From assembly GCA_043228905.1 (NCBI GenBank), contig JBHGNT010000001.1:496001-560000 (forward strand): 64,000 nt of DNA. The letters run 5' to 3'. Each line of letters begins with the position of its first letter. Position 1 is the first letter of the stretch. The position numbers and the translations under genes are program-made. Of the stretch, positions 53,345 through 64,000 are shown one piece after another. The notes under the pieces are model-generated. The model saw only the letters and a program-made list of their open reading frames with translations. It was not told the DNA's origin and made no database searches. Source of the stretch: Azolla caroliniana. Its lineage: Eukaryota > Plantae > Polypodiophyta.

Positions 53345-56300
53345 TTACTCTTCGCCTGCCGGCCCTTCCTCGGCCTCGGATCGGCCGTCGCTGCTGTCCA
53401 GGAGAATCAGGTCGGGTTCGTCGTCGTGCCGCTTCTTGAAAGCTTTGATCCTCTTCCCGGCCACGGGTATCGCTATTCTCGTACCGTCGAGTTCCGCCAG
53501 ATGATACGTCCCGTTGTCGTTGGCGCTTTGTACCGTGTACGGCCCGAACCATCTCCGTGCGAACTTCCGCGTTGCTCGGTGCTGGTTGTCGAGGCTGCTG
53601 TCGTAGACGAGCACCCAGTCACCTTGTTCGATCTTCTTCGGTCGGAGTCGGTGCGTTCGGTCGAACCTGGCTTTGTTCTTTATCCTCGCCACTCGGATCC
53701 TTTCTGCAGCCGTCTCCACGTCCTCCGGTCTCCGTTCGAGTTGTCGTATACGCGCTGCCAACAACTCCTCCCGGCTCATCTCGTCCCTCCAGTCGACCGT
53801 TGCCCATGAGGAGATTGTTCGTTCCATCAGCATGATCGGCCCCTGGCCGAACATGAGCTCTGTCGGCATGTACCCGGTTACCGAACTGTGCGTAGTCCGG
53901 TCGGCCCACAAAGCATAAGGTAGAAGTCGCGGCCAGTTACCGACTTGGCCTCCGCATGCCCGAACCAGCGCTTTAACGATCGGCCCGTGTCCGCGCTCCA
54001 CCTTTCCATTCGCCTCCGGGTTGTACGCAGTGGTGAGCGAGAGTTTGACTCCCAGCCGATCGAACAGCTCCGCGGCTTCCTCGGCGTCCAACTCCCCTCG
54101 GTCAGCCACGATCTTCCCGACGCACCCGTACCGGCATATCACGTCCTCGATCAGGAACCGACACACGGCCGCGGTCGTCTTGTTCTGAAGGGCTCGGCCT
54201 TCCACCTGGTTCGTCAGGTCTTCCCGCGCTAGGACCAGATACCGCATCTGTCCTACCCCCATCGGCATCGTCACCAGATCTACCATCCATTTGAAATGGA
54301 TGGCCGGAGGGTACGTAGGGTGAAGCTCGTCTCGATGTCGGACTATGGAGTGCATCTGGCAGCTCTCGCAAGTTGTCACGAACCGATGCACGTCCTGGTA
54401 CAATCCCGGCCACCAGTACTTCCCCTTCAGCTTCTCAAATGTCGCCCACGTTCCACGGTGTCCAGCCCAAGGGCTGTCGTGGTAGGCCGCCAGTAGCTCC
54501 TCCTGTTCTTCCTTCATCGCCACCACCCGGAGCGGGACGCCGTTCCTCTTCTTCGGGTGCTTCCACAAATGCCCATCTCGGAGAAAGAATCGATATGCTT
54601 TCTTCCGGATCCGGTTGGCCTCGTCCTTCGTCCATGACGCATCGGGCGTCATTGTCTTCAAAAACCCGCCGATCTGCAGCCACTCCCCGTCGTACTTGCT
54701 CGCGTCGAACTCATTAAGCGCCGGAGTGCTCATCCCGTCGGTCGTTATGTATGCCGCCTCGAAGAAATCCACGCCGACTTCTTCGTCTTCCGAAACCATG
54801 CCGCCCTCGTCGTCGAACCTCGCCCTCGAAAGCATGTCGGCCATGGCGTTGTCTTTCCCGGAAATGTGTCGTATTTCCGGGTCCAGGGACTTGATGTACG
54901 CTATCCACCTGAGCATCGCCAGGTCCGGAGTCGCGCATCCGGAAACCATACCGAGAATCGGCAGGCAATCCGTCTCGATGATCACTTCTGTCCCTATCAG
55001 GTAGTCTTTGTCGGCCTTAACCGCCGAAACAATACCCCAGAGTTCGCGTTTAACCTGGGCGTATCCTTGCTGCCGTTCACTGAGGACTTTCGCGCCGAAT
55101 CGGATCGGAAACCGATTGCCGTCCTCGTCTTCCTGGTTCACGACCCATCCGATCCCGGTCGGACTGGTATCCACCGTTATGAATACCGGGGTACCCTTCC
55201 CGTATACCGCCTTCCGGAGTGCCGGTGCCGCTGCAAGGGCCTCTTTCAGCTTCCGGACTGATTCCGCGTGCTCGTCTAGCCATTCGAACCTTCGCCCCTT
55301 TTTCAGCAACCCGTACAGTGGCTCCGCGACGTGTGCGTAATGCGGGATCCATATGTGGTAGAACGCGCATGCCCCCAGGAATCTCCGTACTTCCGTGACC
55401 GAGCTGCAGTCGGGCTTCATCGCGGAGATGGCTTCTACCTTTGCCGGAGACGGTTTCCGGCCATATGGTCCGCACAGGTGTCCGACCACCATGATTTCTG
55501 ACTGCCCGAAGGCCGACTTCTCCCCGGAGAAGGTGAGTCTCGCATCCTCTAGCCTTTGCAGCACCTTCTCGCAGTCGTCGATGTGCGCCGCCACGAATCG
55601 CCGGCATCCGTCCGGCCCGATCGTCTCGTCCTTTTCTTCCACCGGGCATCCCTTGATCGGGATGTCGTCCAGAAACGGCATGGTGATGTCCGGGATACAG
55701 TCCCTCAGAACCTTGTTCATCGCATTCACCATGTGGGCCACCGAGTTGGTCCCTCCTTGCGGCAGTGTACACATCCGAACTAGGCCGAGGGGAGTTCGCA
55801 TCGTCGTAATGTCTCTGCTCTCCACGGCTAGCTGGAACTGGTCGTACCCTGAGTATAGATCCCCGACCGAGTAAATTGACCTTCCGGCGAAGGCCTCCGC
55901 GAACTCGTCTATGGTCGGTCCGATCCCTGCGTTCCGAATGGTCACTCGATTGACCGGCTGCAGGTCCTGGATGAAGCGCAACGAACCGTTTTTCTTCGGT
56001 ACGGTAAACCATCGATTCGAATATGGGGCGCTCGACGGCTCGAGAATTCCCATATCAACTTTCTGCCTCAGCAGCTCCATCAACTTCGGGATGTGAGCTC
56101 TCGGAACCGGGATTGGCTTGAGATTCCATGGTACATGCGGTACCGTGAATATCACCATCGGCTCCACGATCGTCGGGTCAACGCACCCGATTTCCTCCGG
56201 CGAGAATGCGAAGGCTTTCCCGTGCCTTCCGAGCATTCTCCGAAACCGGTCTTCTTCCGCCGGCAGTAGGAACCCGCCCCCACCGATTTTGAGCTCTCGG

Positions 56301-56842
56301 AGCGTCTCGTCGGTGAAGGTGTGTCCTATGCAGGCCGGATCTCGTAGACTAGGGTCCGATGCAACCCCTTTGATTCTCGACGCGCTGTCCTCCGGTAAGG
56401 GTGCCGCGACTGGCCTTACCTTCCGGTCCACAGTCTTGTACTTGGTGCTTACGTGGGCCGTCCGAACCGACTCGAGCCCTCGACCGAAGTCCGCGATGAC
56501 TTCGTACATCTCCTCGGAACACACCGGTATCGTCCGGTCTTCGTTAAGGCCTTCTTCGACTACCTTTCCCAGCATTCCCAAGGTGTCGTCGAATGATACC
56601 GCCTCCACGGCTCCGTTGATTTCCTCGTCAGGGCCGAGAACTCCGCACGCTCGAAGTCTCCCCTCCGCCTTTGTCTTCTCTCGGCCGCCGATGCCGGCTA
56701 TCGTACACGCTCCGCTGCCGGAGAACAAAAATTCCCTACCTATGGTACAAGGTTTCTTCGGTTTTATCGTACAGGTGTGGGGTTTTCCCGGGGTGTCCGG
56801 ACTGTCGCGGCCCCACGCCTTGGCAGCCCTCTCTAAAAATCC
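53345..56842 (-). CDS. pol: Gypsy Pol (RT, RNase H, integrase) in the -1 frame relative to Gag-protease
   Basis: LRFIQDLQPVN, DLYSGYDQ, LPQG, FLDD; RNase H TVDTSPTGIG, ETDC, NAMADMLSR; integrase HHCC, D-D-E and GPY motif; no chromodomain. The frame is open from the Gag-PR stop region. Confidence 0.95.
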   Translation of the reverse strand, partial: GFLERAAKAWGRDSPDTPGKPHTCTIKPKKPCTIGREFLFSGSGACTIAGIGGREKTKAEGRLRACGVLGPDEEINGAVEAVSFDDTLGMLGKVVEEGLNEDRTIPVCSEEMYEVIADFGRGLESVRTAHVSTKYKTVDRKVRPVAAPLPEDSASRIKGVASDPSLRDPACIGHTFTDETLRELKIGGGGFLLPAEEDRFRRMLGRHGKAFAFSPEEIGCVDPTIVEPMVIFTVPHVPWNLKPIPVPRAHIPKLMELLRQKVDMGILEPSSAPYSNRWFTVPKKNGSLRFIQDLQPVNRVTIRNAGIGPTIDEFAEAFAGRSIYSVGDLYSGYDQFQLAVESRDITTMRTPLGLVRMCTLPQGGTNSVAHMVNAMNKVLRDCIPDITMPFLDDIPIKGCPVEEKDETIGPDGCRRFVAAHIDDCEKVLQRLEDARLTFSGEKSAFGQSEIMVVGHLCGPYGRKPSPAKVEAISAMKPDCSSVTEVRRFLGACAFYHIWIPHYAHVAEPLYGLLKKGRRFEWLDEHAESVRKLKEALAAAPALRKAVYGKGTPVFITVDTSPTGIGWVVNQEDEDGNRFPIRFGAKVLSERQQGYAQVKRELWGIVSAVKADKDYLIGTEVIIETDCLPILGMVSGCATPDLAMLRWIAYIKSLDPEIRHISGKDNAMADMLSRARFDDEGGMVSEDEEVGVDFFEAAYITTDGMSTPALNEFDASKYDGEWLQIGGFLKTMTPDASWTKDEANRIRKKAYRFFLRDGHLWKHPKKRNGVPLRVVAMKEEQEELLAAYHDSPWAGHRGTWATFEKLKGKYWWPGLYQDVHRFVTTCESCQMHSIVRHRDELHPTYPPAIHFKWMVDLVTMPMGVGQMRYLVLAREDLTNQVEGRALQNKTTAAVCRFLIEDVICRYGCVGKIVADRGELDAEEAAELFDRLGVKLSLTTAYNPEANGKVERGHGPIVKALVRACGGQVGNWPRLLPYALWADRTTHSSVTGYMPTELMFGQGPIMLMERTISSWATVDWRDEMSREELLAARIRQLERRPEDVETAAERIRVARIKNKARFDRTHRLRPKKIEQGDWVLVYDSSLDNQHRATRKFARRWFGPYTVQSANDNGTYHLAELDGTRIAIPVAGKRIKAFKKRHDDEPDLILLDSSDGRSEAEEGPAGEE

Positions 56843-58959
56843 TCTCGGTTATCGGAACCGAGGGAGTCGCGGTTACGCTCGTGGTTCGGCCTAACCGTCA
56901 AAAACTGGACCGAATGGCGCCCGTCCTGGCTCTTGACCCGCGCATAGGCCGAACCATTGTCCAGCACCTTGGTCTCCATTCGCGCCGCCGTGATGTACGG
57001 CTCTCCCAGTATGACCGGATGCGAGGACGTCTCCTGCACGAAGAAGTGCTGGTCAATCTCGACGTCGCCGATCTTGACTCGCACATTCGGACAGGCCCCG
57101 TGCAGTTCCTCGGTGGCGCGCGTTGCTGCCCTTATTTTCCACCCGTGCTTGGTGTTGATCGGCCATTTGCCCTTCTTATAGAAGTCCATGGACATCAAAT
57201 TGATCTCCGATCCGTGGTCTACCAAAGCTATCACCGGTTCCTGGACATCGCCGATCTTCACCGGGGTTTCCGTGGTCGCTCGGGCCCAGTGCGGTCTCGA
57301 ATAGTGGCTTTCCGCCCACTCGTCTCCCAGCGCCATGTCGTCTAGGTGCGTCGTCCGTACTTCCACCGGTCTTTCCGGTTCTGTCTCCGTTGACAGCCTC
57401 TTCCGTTTCACCAAGTCCACGATGGAGTCGTGGAACTCCTTCTTGGCGATTCCCAGCACCTCCCGTAGCGACAGCTCCACCTTGCTGTCGAGGATCCGTT
57501 CCTCCAGGACCTTTCGTAAGTCCGTGGTTCTTTCTATCTCCGTCCCCAGACGGTACCCGCCCTTCTGGGGTTTATCTTGCGTACCGGCCCCGCCGGCTTC
57601 GTCCCGTCGTGGCCCGGACCGGGTCTCGTATCGTTGTGAGGGCCCGGTCGTCCCGGGTTTCCCCACCCGCTTCTCTTCTACCAGAGCCTCGTAGTTCCGG
57701 CAAGCGGCTTCCACGAAGCCCGTCTTTTCCTCGACCGGGTCGCTCCACCCGGTCATCTCCCGTACCCGTTTCTCCGCACGGTCCGATTCCTCCCTCTTCA
57801 TCCTCGTATCGGCAAGGCCTTCCAGCACCGTCGGCCAGAATCCGGCTTTGCTTCCTCTTCGGGCCTCGTTGCCCCCGACTCGAATACCGGCCGACGCCGA
57901 GTAGTGGACGGTTTCCGCATGTCGGGCCGCCGCCTCTTCCATCAACCTCTTCATTCCGCCTCGCCCGTCGTTTCGGTTTAGGGCCCTTCTCGTGTCGTTG
58001 GCGTGAACCCGGCCTTCCCATAGGTATACCACCCGGTTCTTCAGCGCCTCTGCGAAATCGCCGCAGTCTTTTCGGATGTGGCCGACCCCGTCGCACCACA
58101 TGCACCTGTTCCCCGCCGCCGGCCGTCGGTCACGAGCAGGTCCTCCGCCTTCTCTGCGGGCTTGTGCGATTTGGAGGTCTTTTATCGCCCTCGTCAGTTC
58201 CTCCAACGCAGCTCCTCCAGTCGTGCCTCTGATCACGCCGGTCGGAGCTGAACCGGATTCCAGCCACTCCCGAGTCTCTTCCCTTCGCACCGGCTGCGCC
58301 GGCTCGGGTATCCTCGCCGCGACTGAGCCCGACCCGGTTGCTCTGTCATCCTCCCATTCTCGCCGTTTGTCGAAACGGCCGCAGGCTCTCTTGACCGCCG
58401 CCCAGTCGGCTGTCAGCCCGTCTTCGGTTTCTAGCAGGGCGCCCACGTGACTCCGATCCCTCTCGTCAACCGATTTGACGAACAGCAGGACCCGGCTTGT
58501 ATCCAGGACCATCCTGTCAAGCGCCGAAAGGCGCGCGAAGTTCTCCTCGAACTCCCGGAGGAGTGCCGACGCATTCCTTCCTTTCCCGGGAGACTCCACC
58601 CACTCCATGAAGCTTCGCTTCGAAAGCCGGAGCGCGTCGTCCAGTCCGTATTTTTCCAGGAGCCGACCTTCGAACTCCTCCCAGGTACGGCTCTCCGCCC
58701 GCACCTCGAGCACCTCCGCGTGGATGCTCGGCATCGCCACTCGGGGAAAACCGGCAAGACGCCTGTCTTCCGGAATGTCCCGCATTAACATTTCCGCACC
58801 GTAGGACGCCAGGTACTTCGTGGCATCTTTTCCGGTGAATCGACCGATCGTTCCGACGACCGCCTCAATAGCTCTATCGAGGGCGCCGGTGCCCTCGCGC
58901 GCGCTTACTATCCGATCCACGGCCGAAGCCATGGCCTCTGCAAGATCCGCCCCTTTCAT
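56833..58959 (-). CDS. gag: Gypsy Gag-protease ORF (708 aa)
   Basis: Zinc knuckle CMWCDGVGHIRKDC; aspartic protease ALVDHGSEINLM and VILGEPY; uninterrupted ORF. Confidence 0.93.
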   Translation of the reverse strand: MKGADLAEAMASAVDRIVSAREGTGALDRAIEAVVGTIGRFTGKDATKYLASYGAEMLMRDIPEDRRLAGFPRVAMPSIHAEVLEVRAESRTWEEFEGRLLEKYGLDDALRLSKRSFMEWVESPGKGRNASALLREFEENFARLSALDRMVLDTSRVLLFVKSVDERDRSHVGALLETEDGLTADWAAVKRACGRFDKRREWEDDRATGSGSVAARIPEPAQPVRREETREWLESGSAPTGVIRGTTGGAALEELTRAIKDLQIAQARREGGGPARDRRPAAGNRCMWCDGVGHIRKDCGDFAEALKNRVVYLWEGRVHANDTRRALNRNDGRGGMKRLMEEAAARHAETVHYSASAGIRVGGNEARRGSKAGFWPTVLEGLADTRMKREESDRAEKRVREMTGWSDPVEEKTGFVEAACRNYEALVEEKRVGKPGTTGPSQRYETRSGPRRDEAGGAGTQDKPQKGGYRLGTEIERTTDLRKVLEERILDSKVELSLREVLGIAKKEFHDSIVDLVKRKRLSTETEPERPVEVRTTHLDDMALGDEWAESHYSRPHWARATTETPVKIGDVQEPVIALVDHGSEINLMSMDFYKKGKWPINTKHGWKIRAATRATEELHGACPNVRVKIGDVEIDQHFFVQETSSHPVILGEPYITAARMETKVLDNGSAYARVKSQDGRHSVQFLTVRPNHERNRDSLGSDNREDF

Positions 58960-60202
58960 TTCCTACTCTCCTGCCGCCTCTTTCACGTCGGGTTCACCAA
59001 CATGTCGCGTTTGCTACGCCCTTGCGTGCAGAAAGGAGGAGGGACCACGGGGGTCTTGGACCGAAGAGCAAGAGAGAGAGGAGTAAGAGAGAGAGACCCG
59101 ATTACACAGAACCGAAGATCGCATAGGGACACGGCCCAACAAACAGAGATCACAAATAAACGCCGACGTAGATGGACGCAACAAGAGAAGATATGTACTT
59201 ATGAATGCAAGAAAATAACAGACTAAAGTATTACAACCCACGGTGGGGCACGAAATAGATACTAACGAAAACGAACAGGGCGGCGAACAGATGCCGACCC
59301 CTGTATGTCGCGACGCACAGAAAGGGAAAACAGGTCGGAGGTGCTGCAGGACGCGCTCGGGGCGTTCCACGGAACAGCGCAAGCCTCCTCGAAACCTGCA
59401 CAGGTACGCGATGGAGCAGAAGACAGAGAAGGCAGGGGTGAGAGAGAAGCTCCGAAATCGGTTCGGCAGCACTTCGTCCTCTCCGCGCGAGATACCCCAC
59501 TTCTAGTCTTCCTCCTCCTTTTATAGCCCGTCAAGAGGCCGTTTGGCATTAACTGCATACCAACCGAATCTACCCACCTAGGATCCTCGTATGTACCTAC
59601 TTCGACCTTAGGTACTTCTTGGCGCGCGTGTGTGTGTAGAGCCGTTTCCCACGCCTTGTTCCTCCGATTCCTCTTGTGGGCGGTTTTCTTCACGACAACG
59701 TGGCAAGTATGAACGCAATGAAAGGAAAAAATAACATTGCATGAGAATTAATGCATGCACATTCAATAGATGAAATGGAAAAGAAGAATAAATTATTGAC
59801 AACTGATGAACCAAGAGTCCCAAGCATGAAGTGAATAGAACGAGTACATGAAGCATGGGGTCTCCTTGCTATCACATCGTTAATTGGGAGCGCATCATCC
59901 AAAGACCCTATAAATTATGTGAGCAAAATAAGGGCGCTTCGAAGAGGTGGAACACATTATTTATAGAGTGATCCACCATAAATTGGTACAAGGGTATAAT
60001 CTTCAATATTTCTTGATTCTATAAATATAGCCCAAATCTTTGAGAGGCCACAACTTAATTGTCAAATGTTCGATTTACATGTTGTTTGTTGTAGTAAGCA
60101 CCTTATTTGTTAAACCCATGTGTTGGTGACAAAATTCCACAATTTTTAGCTTGAGAAGTGAGAGCTTCACGATTCCAACCATACCATGGTTGTTGATCAA
60201 TG

Positions 60203-60500
60203 TGTTGGGAAACAAGTCCCTCCGGATGGGAAGAAGATTACAACCCGAATCGGATAGAACCAATGGGTAATTTGGCCGAGGGCGAAATCTAAAACCGAAA
60301 ATCGATTTAATGGCCGATTCGGTGGCTACATTTGTAAATAGCCATAAATGTTGTATGTGTATACATACACTTAGGACAAATAGTTAGTGTACTAGATTGT
60401 AGTGAATCATTGTTGTTGAATGTTGTTGTATAATTACACAAAAGGTAGTTGCCTCTGTAACTGTGTGTGTATGTGTGTGTGTGTGTGAGAGAGAGAGAGA
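60203..60500 (+). mobile_element. LTR-like segment ending in (GT)n(GA)n, related to 63534-64000
   Basis: TGTTGGGAAACAAGTCCCTCCGGATGGGAAG versus TGTTAGGAAACAGGTCCCTCCGGATGGGAAG at 63534; shared GGCTA.ATTTGTAAATAGCC block. Confidence 0.55.
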
Positions 60501-63500
60501 ATAAAAAAATGGGATGACGTTCCAAGAATAGTGTTGAAACATGTTTTTGATGTAACTTTGTCCTCGGAACTCCGTTTTTTATGATTTTTGGCTCATTGCG
60601 AAGCTCGTTCAGAGGGCTTTCCAAGGATTATTTGGAAGCTACGTTTAGTTATAGTTACAACAAGCTACAAGCAAAAGTGTCATCGTCTCAGGTTAGTTCT
60701 CTCAATCTATATTAGGATGGCTGACACAACAACAAGAAGTGAGTTGATGATTGTTGATGGATGTGGTAGTGATGATGGTTATGAAAATTACAAAAGGCAA
60801 AAGTGTATTGATTCTACAAAACATGAGAAAACATCATATGCTGCTATTCTTGGTGAGAAAGATGTTATTGGAGATGATTATGATATTGACAGTCATCGTG
60901 ATTTTGTTAAGGCTTTGCTTTCCGATTTTATGGAAAAAAATGAGAAATATGTTAAAGATTGTGTGGAGGAGGATGTTGTCGAGGTGGTGATGGAGACCAA
61001 CTCTATGTTAGCAACTTTTGACAGGTTCTATGATCGTGGTGTTATTTTGTATTTCACTAGCAAACTTCCTTTGGTATCATGGATTAAGCAGTGGTTGAAT
61101 TCATTCATAATGCCTAATTGTGTTGAGGATGTTTCTGTGGGTCCAAGAGGTTTTTATGATGTAGTTTTTCGATCGTTAGAACACCGTACAACTTTGATGG
61201 CAAAGGTACCAATCTGTTTTGATAGAAGATTAGTGCATGACATGATGGAATGGGTTCCAATGATGGATTATAAAAATTTATTAAGACAATAATGTCCAAT
61301 TTGAGTGATCGTTGATTGTAGTAACTCATTCTTTTGGGATTTACTACCAGGATTGATGTCCCAAAATGGTAAAGTTTTGGTTGCTCCTCATGTTAATTCG
61401 TTGAACAAATGTAGATTTTGCATGTTATGGGATACAAGTATCGATACATCTCGATTTGGTCGATTTCGTTTTAAGGTTTCAATGGGAAACTTTTGCAGGA
61501 CATTGTTTTAAATATGGTAAATTGGGGCATTTTATGGCTGAATGCCAATCTCATGGTGAACTATCCCCAGAAAATAATGTCAAAGGGAAAAATAAGGAAG
61601 ATGTTGAGAAGGATATTGTCTCAATAGTTGATATGGTCATGGATGAGGGAACATCTCATGGGTTAGAGCGAGATCCTAAAGTTCATGGTCATGTTAGAGG
61701 TGTTGGGGAGGAGAATGGAGTATGTAATAATGATGACCCAAATGTTGAAGATGGAGAGTGGCATCAAGTGAAGCGTAAGATAAAAGGGAAGGGTGTTGCC
61801 ATACAAAGGGAATCAAATTTGAGATTGAAGGAGGGGTTTAAGAAAAATCCTTGGCAGAAACAAGTGCGAAATCAGAGATTGTCCAACCAATTACAATTCG
61901 ATTCTTCAGGAAGGGTGGTATGACCTCAATAAAATCAAGGACGTCGTTCTCGTGGAGCTAGACAACAAAACCCTAATATTGGTGGAGGGGATGATGTAGT
62001 ACACACAAATCCTTATGCAACTCTTGAACAAGTAGTTAGACTAAGTACATTCATGAATACACTTACTCATAAAGAGCAAGTTCTTACCAAAGGTGTTAAA
62101 TGAAAATGGTATCATGGAATCTGAGAGGGGCATCTTCTCCTCATAAGAAATATATATTATGGAAAACTTTATTTGATGAAGATTGGGATGTTTTATGTGC
62201 AGTTGAACATATGTGTCATGATTTAGATGGATCTATGTTACATTTGCGTGGATATTCCACATATTATGCAAGACAGTGATCACATCATTACTCAGGGGTT
62301 GTCATGATTATTCGTGATTCGTTGTGTCCACATATAGTCTATAATGATCCATATGGACGTTTTTTGGTGATGGAAGTCAAGTATTTTGAGGATTTGATAT
62401 GGTTGGTAGGAATCTATTCACCCAATAATGTTAATCAACACATTGAGTTATGATCTTCAATGTATCCAGGGTTATATTCTTACACAGTGCAATGTACTAT
62501 TGATGAATAATCCACATGATAAAGAGCTTTTGGATGTTCAAGTTCAAGTATAGACATTGTGAAGAATTTGTCTTGTCAAAGTTATCAATAGACAAGACTA
62601 CGCCAATTAAAGGAGGGATTTATGGATAATCAATCACAATCTCATATGTTTTTTCAATGATTAAGACCACCATATGCTCGTTCAAATGTGGTACAAATTA
62701 AGATAGGGGATGCCATTGTTGTAGACCTAGTCAAGGTTATTGAGTTATGTATTACTCATTTTAAGAATTTGATTGGACCACAGTTTATTATTAATGAGGA
62801 TATCTTAAAAGTGTGACAAGAGTTTTATAATGTAATTGGGAGTGTCGTGAATACAAATATTTGTCAAGAATTGGATGTTGATTTTGAAGAAGCTGAGGTT
62901 GAAAAGGTATTGTTACACCTTCCAAATGGTAAAAGCCATGGTTGGGATGGTGTTACAAATGAAGTTTTTATAAATTGGAGGAAGTCTCACCTTATTTCTT
63001 GTACGGAGAGTGATTTGGAATGTTTAGGATGGCGAGGGTCAGTGATTACACAAGGTTCAATTTATCAACATTTGGGCTATCCATTGGGCATTGATGTTAC
63101 AAATGTTCAATTGATTGATTGGATTGGTAGTACATTGAGGGACACATTTATGTATTGGAAGTCTCAATTATGGCCCTTTCATGTACGACTCAAAGTGGTG
63201 CAATGTATCTTGATGCCCATGTTATTATATTTTTTGCCTTTACATCCTTGGACTAATAAGGCATTACAAAGCATGTTACAACCTATTCGGTTCATGTTGT
63301 GGCGGAAGGGAGAAATGATGGGAGTTACATGGATTTCATGGGACCATTTATAACAAGTTATGTACCTCCTCAAAACAATTTTGGTGATCCAACCAAAGGC
63401 ATCAACAATATAGGCATTCACACTAATATGCTAGCAAGTGGAAGAATGTAAAATCAAGGGCACATGGACTTGGAGATCAAAGGCCAACCAACTATTTTAA

Positions 63501-63533
63501 GTGTGGTCTTAGACAAAAAAAAGGAATATAATT
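60501..63533 (+). mobile_element. Decayed L1-clade LINE related to 44124-49705; ORF1 ~60717-62103, ORF2 from 62100, RT core deleted near 62970
   Basis: GPRGFYDV, FAGHCFKYGKLGHFMAEC, MKMVSWNLRG; PNGKSHGWDGVTNEVF is joined directly to INWRKSHLISCTE; FMYWKSQLWPFHVRLKVVQ; many stops; starts right after (GA)n. Confidence 0.88.
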
Positions 63534-64000
63534 TGTTAGGAAACAGGTCCCTCCGGATGGGAAGTGAGAAGAACAGTGCTGATGAGCAACCCGACAATGG
63601 AAGACCCGGTGAGAATCGGATGTGGAGTACCCGGCAACGGAAGACCTGGTGAGAACCGGATGACGAGTACCCAACAAGGAAGGCCCGGTGAGAATCGGAT
63701 GACGAGTGCTCGGCAAGCGCCAGATGATGCAGGCCCGGTGAGGAGTGCTCACCGGATGAAGGGACATATTCGTAAATATGTTTCTGAGAGTCCATCGGGG
63801 CTATATTTGTAAATAGCCGAAAAGTCATTTTAGTATAAATATGACTTAGGGCAAACTTAGTGTAGCAGAGTTGTCGTTCTTGTTGGTGCAAGATTTGAGT
63901 GCAATTGTGTACAGAGAGAGAGTGAGAGACGAAGAGGACGTTGTCTCTGTTGTAACCGTCGCTTGTGGCGAAGACAGTGAACAAGAGGTCGTTGCCTCTG
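63534..64000 (+). mobile_element. LTR-like segment with a ~40-bp tandem repeat (63581-63760), running off the window
   Basis: TG start, homology to 60203-60480, about four units of GATG..GAGTACCC..CAA.GGAAG.CC.GGTGAGAA.CG. Confidence 0.6.

Larger units (their letters stand above)
52578..59697 (-). mobile_element. Intact young Ty3/Gypsy LTR retrotransposon; LTRs 59003-59697 (5') and 52578-53272 (3'), 695 bp each
   Basis: TG...CA termini; three substitutions found by eye between the LTRs; TSD ACGT (52574-52577, 59698-59701); PBS TGGTGAACCCGACGTGA (58999-58983) complementary to the plant tRNA-Trp 3' end; PPT GGTGGGGGCGGA next to 53272. Confidence 0.97.

Noticed and set aside
53200-59100. Many long overlapping and antisense ORFs within the Gypsy
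   Set aside because: Expected in GC-rich coding DNA with few off-frame stops; no recognisable motifs.

Overview
Eukaryotic land-plant genomic DNA with spliced genes; a non-seed plant such as a fern is my inference from the TE types and composition. The first ~35 kb is gene-rich: 3' end of a KH-domain RNA-binding gene (+), an AGCVIII (D6PK-like) kinase (-), a small CCHC zinc-knuckle gene missed by the ORF track (+), proteasome ATPase RPT1 (-, 10 exons), a COBL7-type COBRA-like gene (+) and a calponin-homology kinesin-14 (-), plus two solo LTRs. The rest is a nested retroelement cluster. A decayed Copia (37066-50735, TSD AAGGA) carries the same LINE 3' fragment in both LTRs, a deleted Gypsy in one LTR and a stack of LINEs separated by (GA)n tracts in the other. 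It is followed by a very young intact Gypsy (52578-59697) and a second decayed LINE. Most notable: (1) a candidate -1 ribosomal frameshift cassette (GGAUUUU-UAG, 6-nt spacer, pseudoknot) between protease and RT of the Gypsy; (2) LINEs that appear to target (GA)n microsatellites and hitch-hike in a Copia LTR; (3) both related Gypsy insertions duplicate the same ACGT target; (4) an out-of-frame duplicate of the kinase N-terminus forming an overlapping uORF. Exon boundaries and alignments were read by eye, without database searches.
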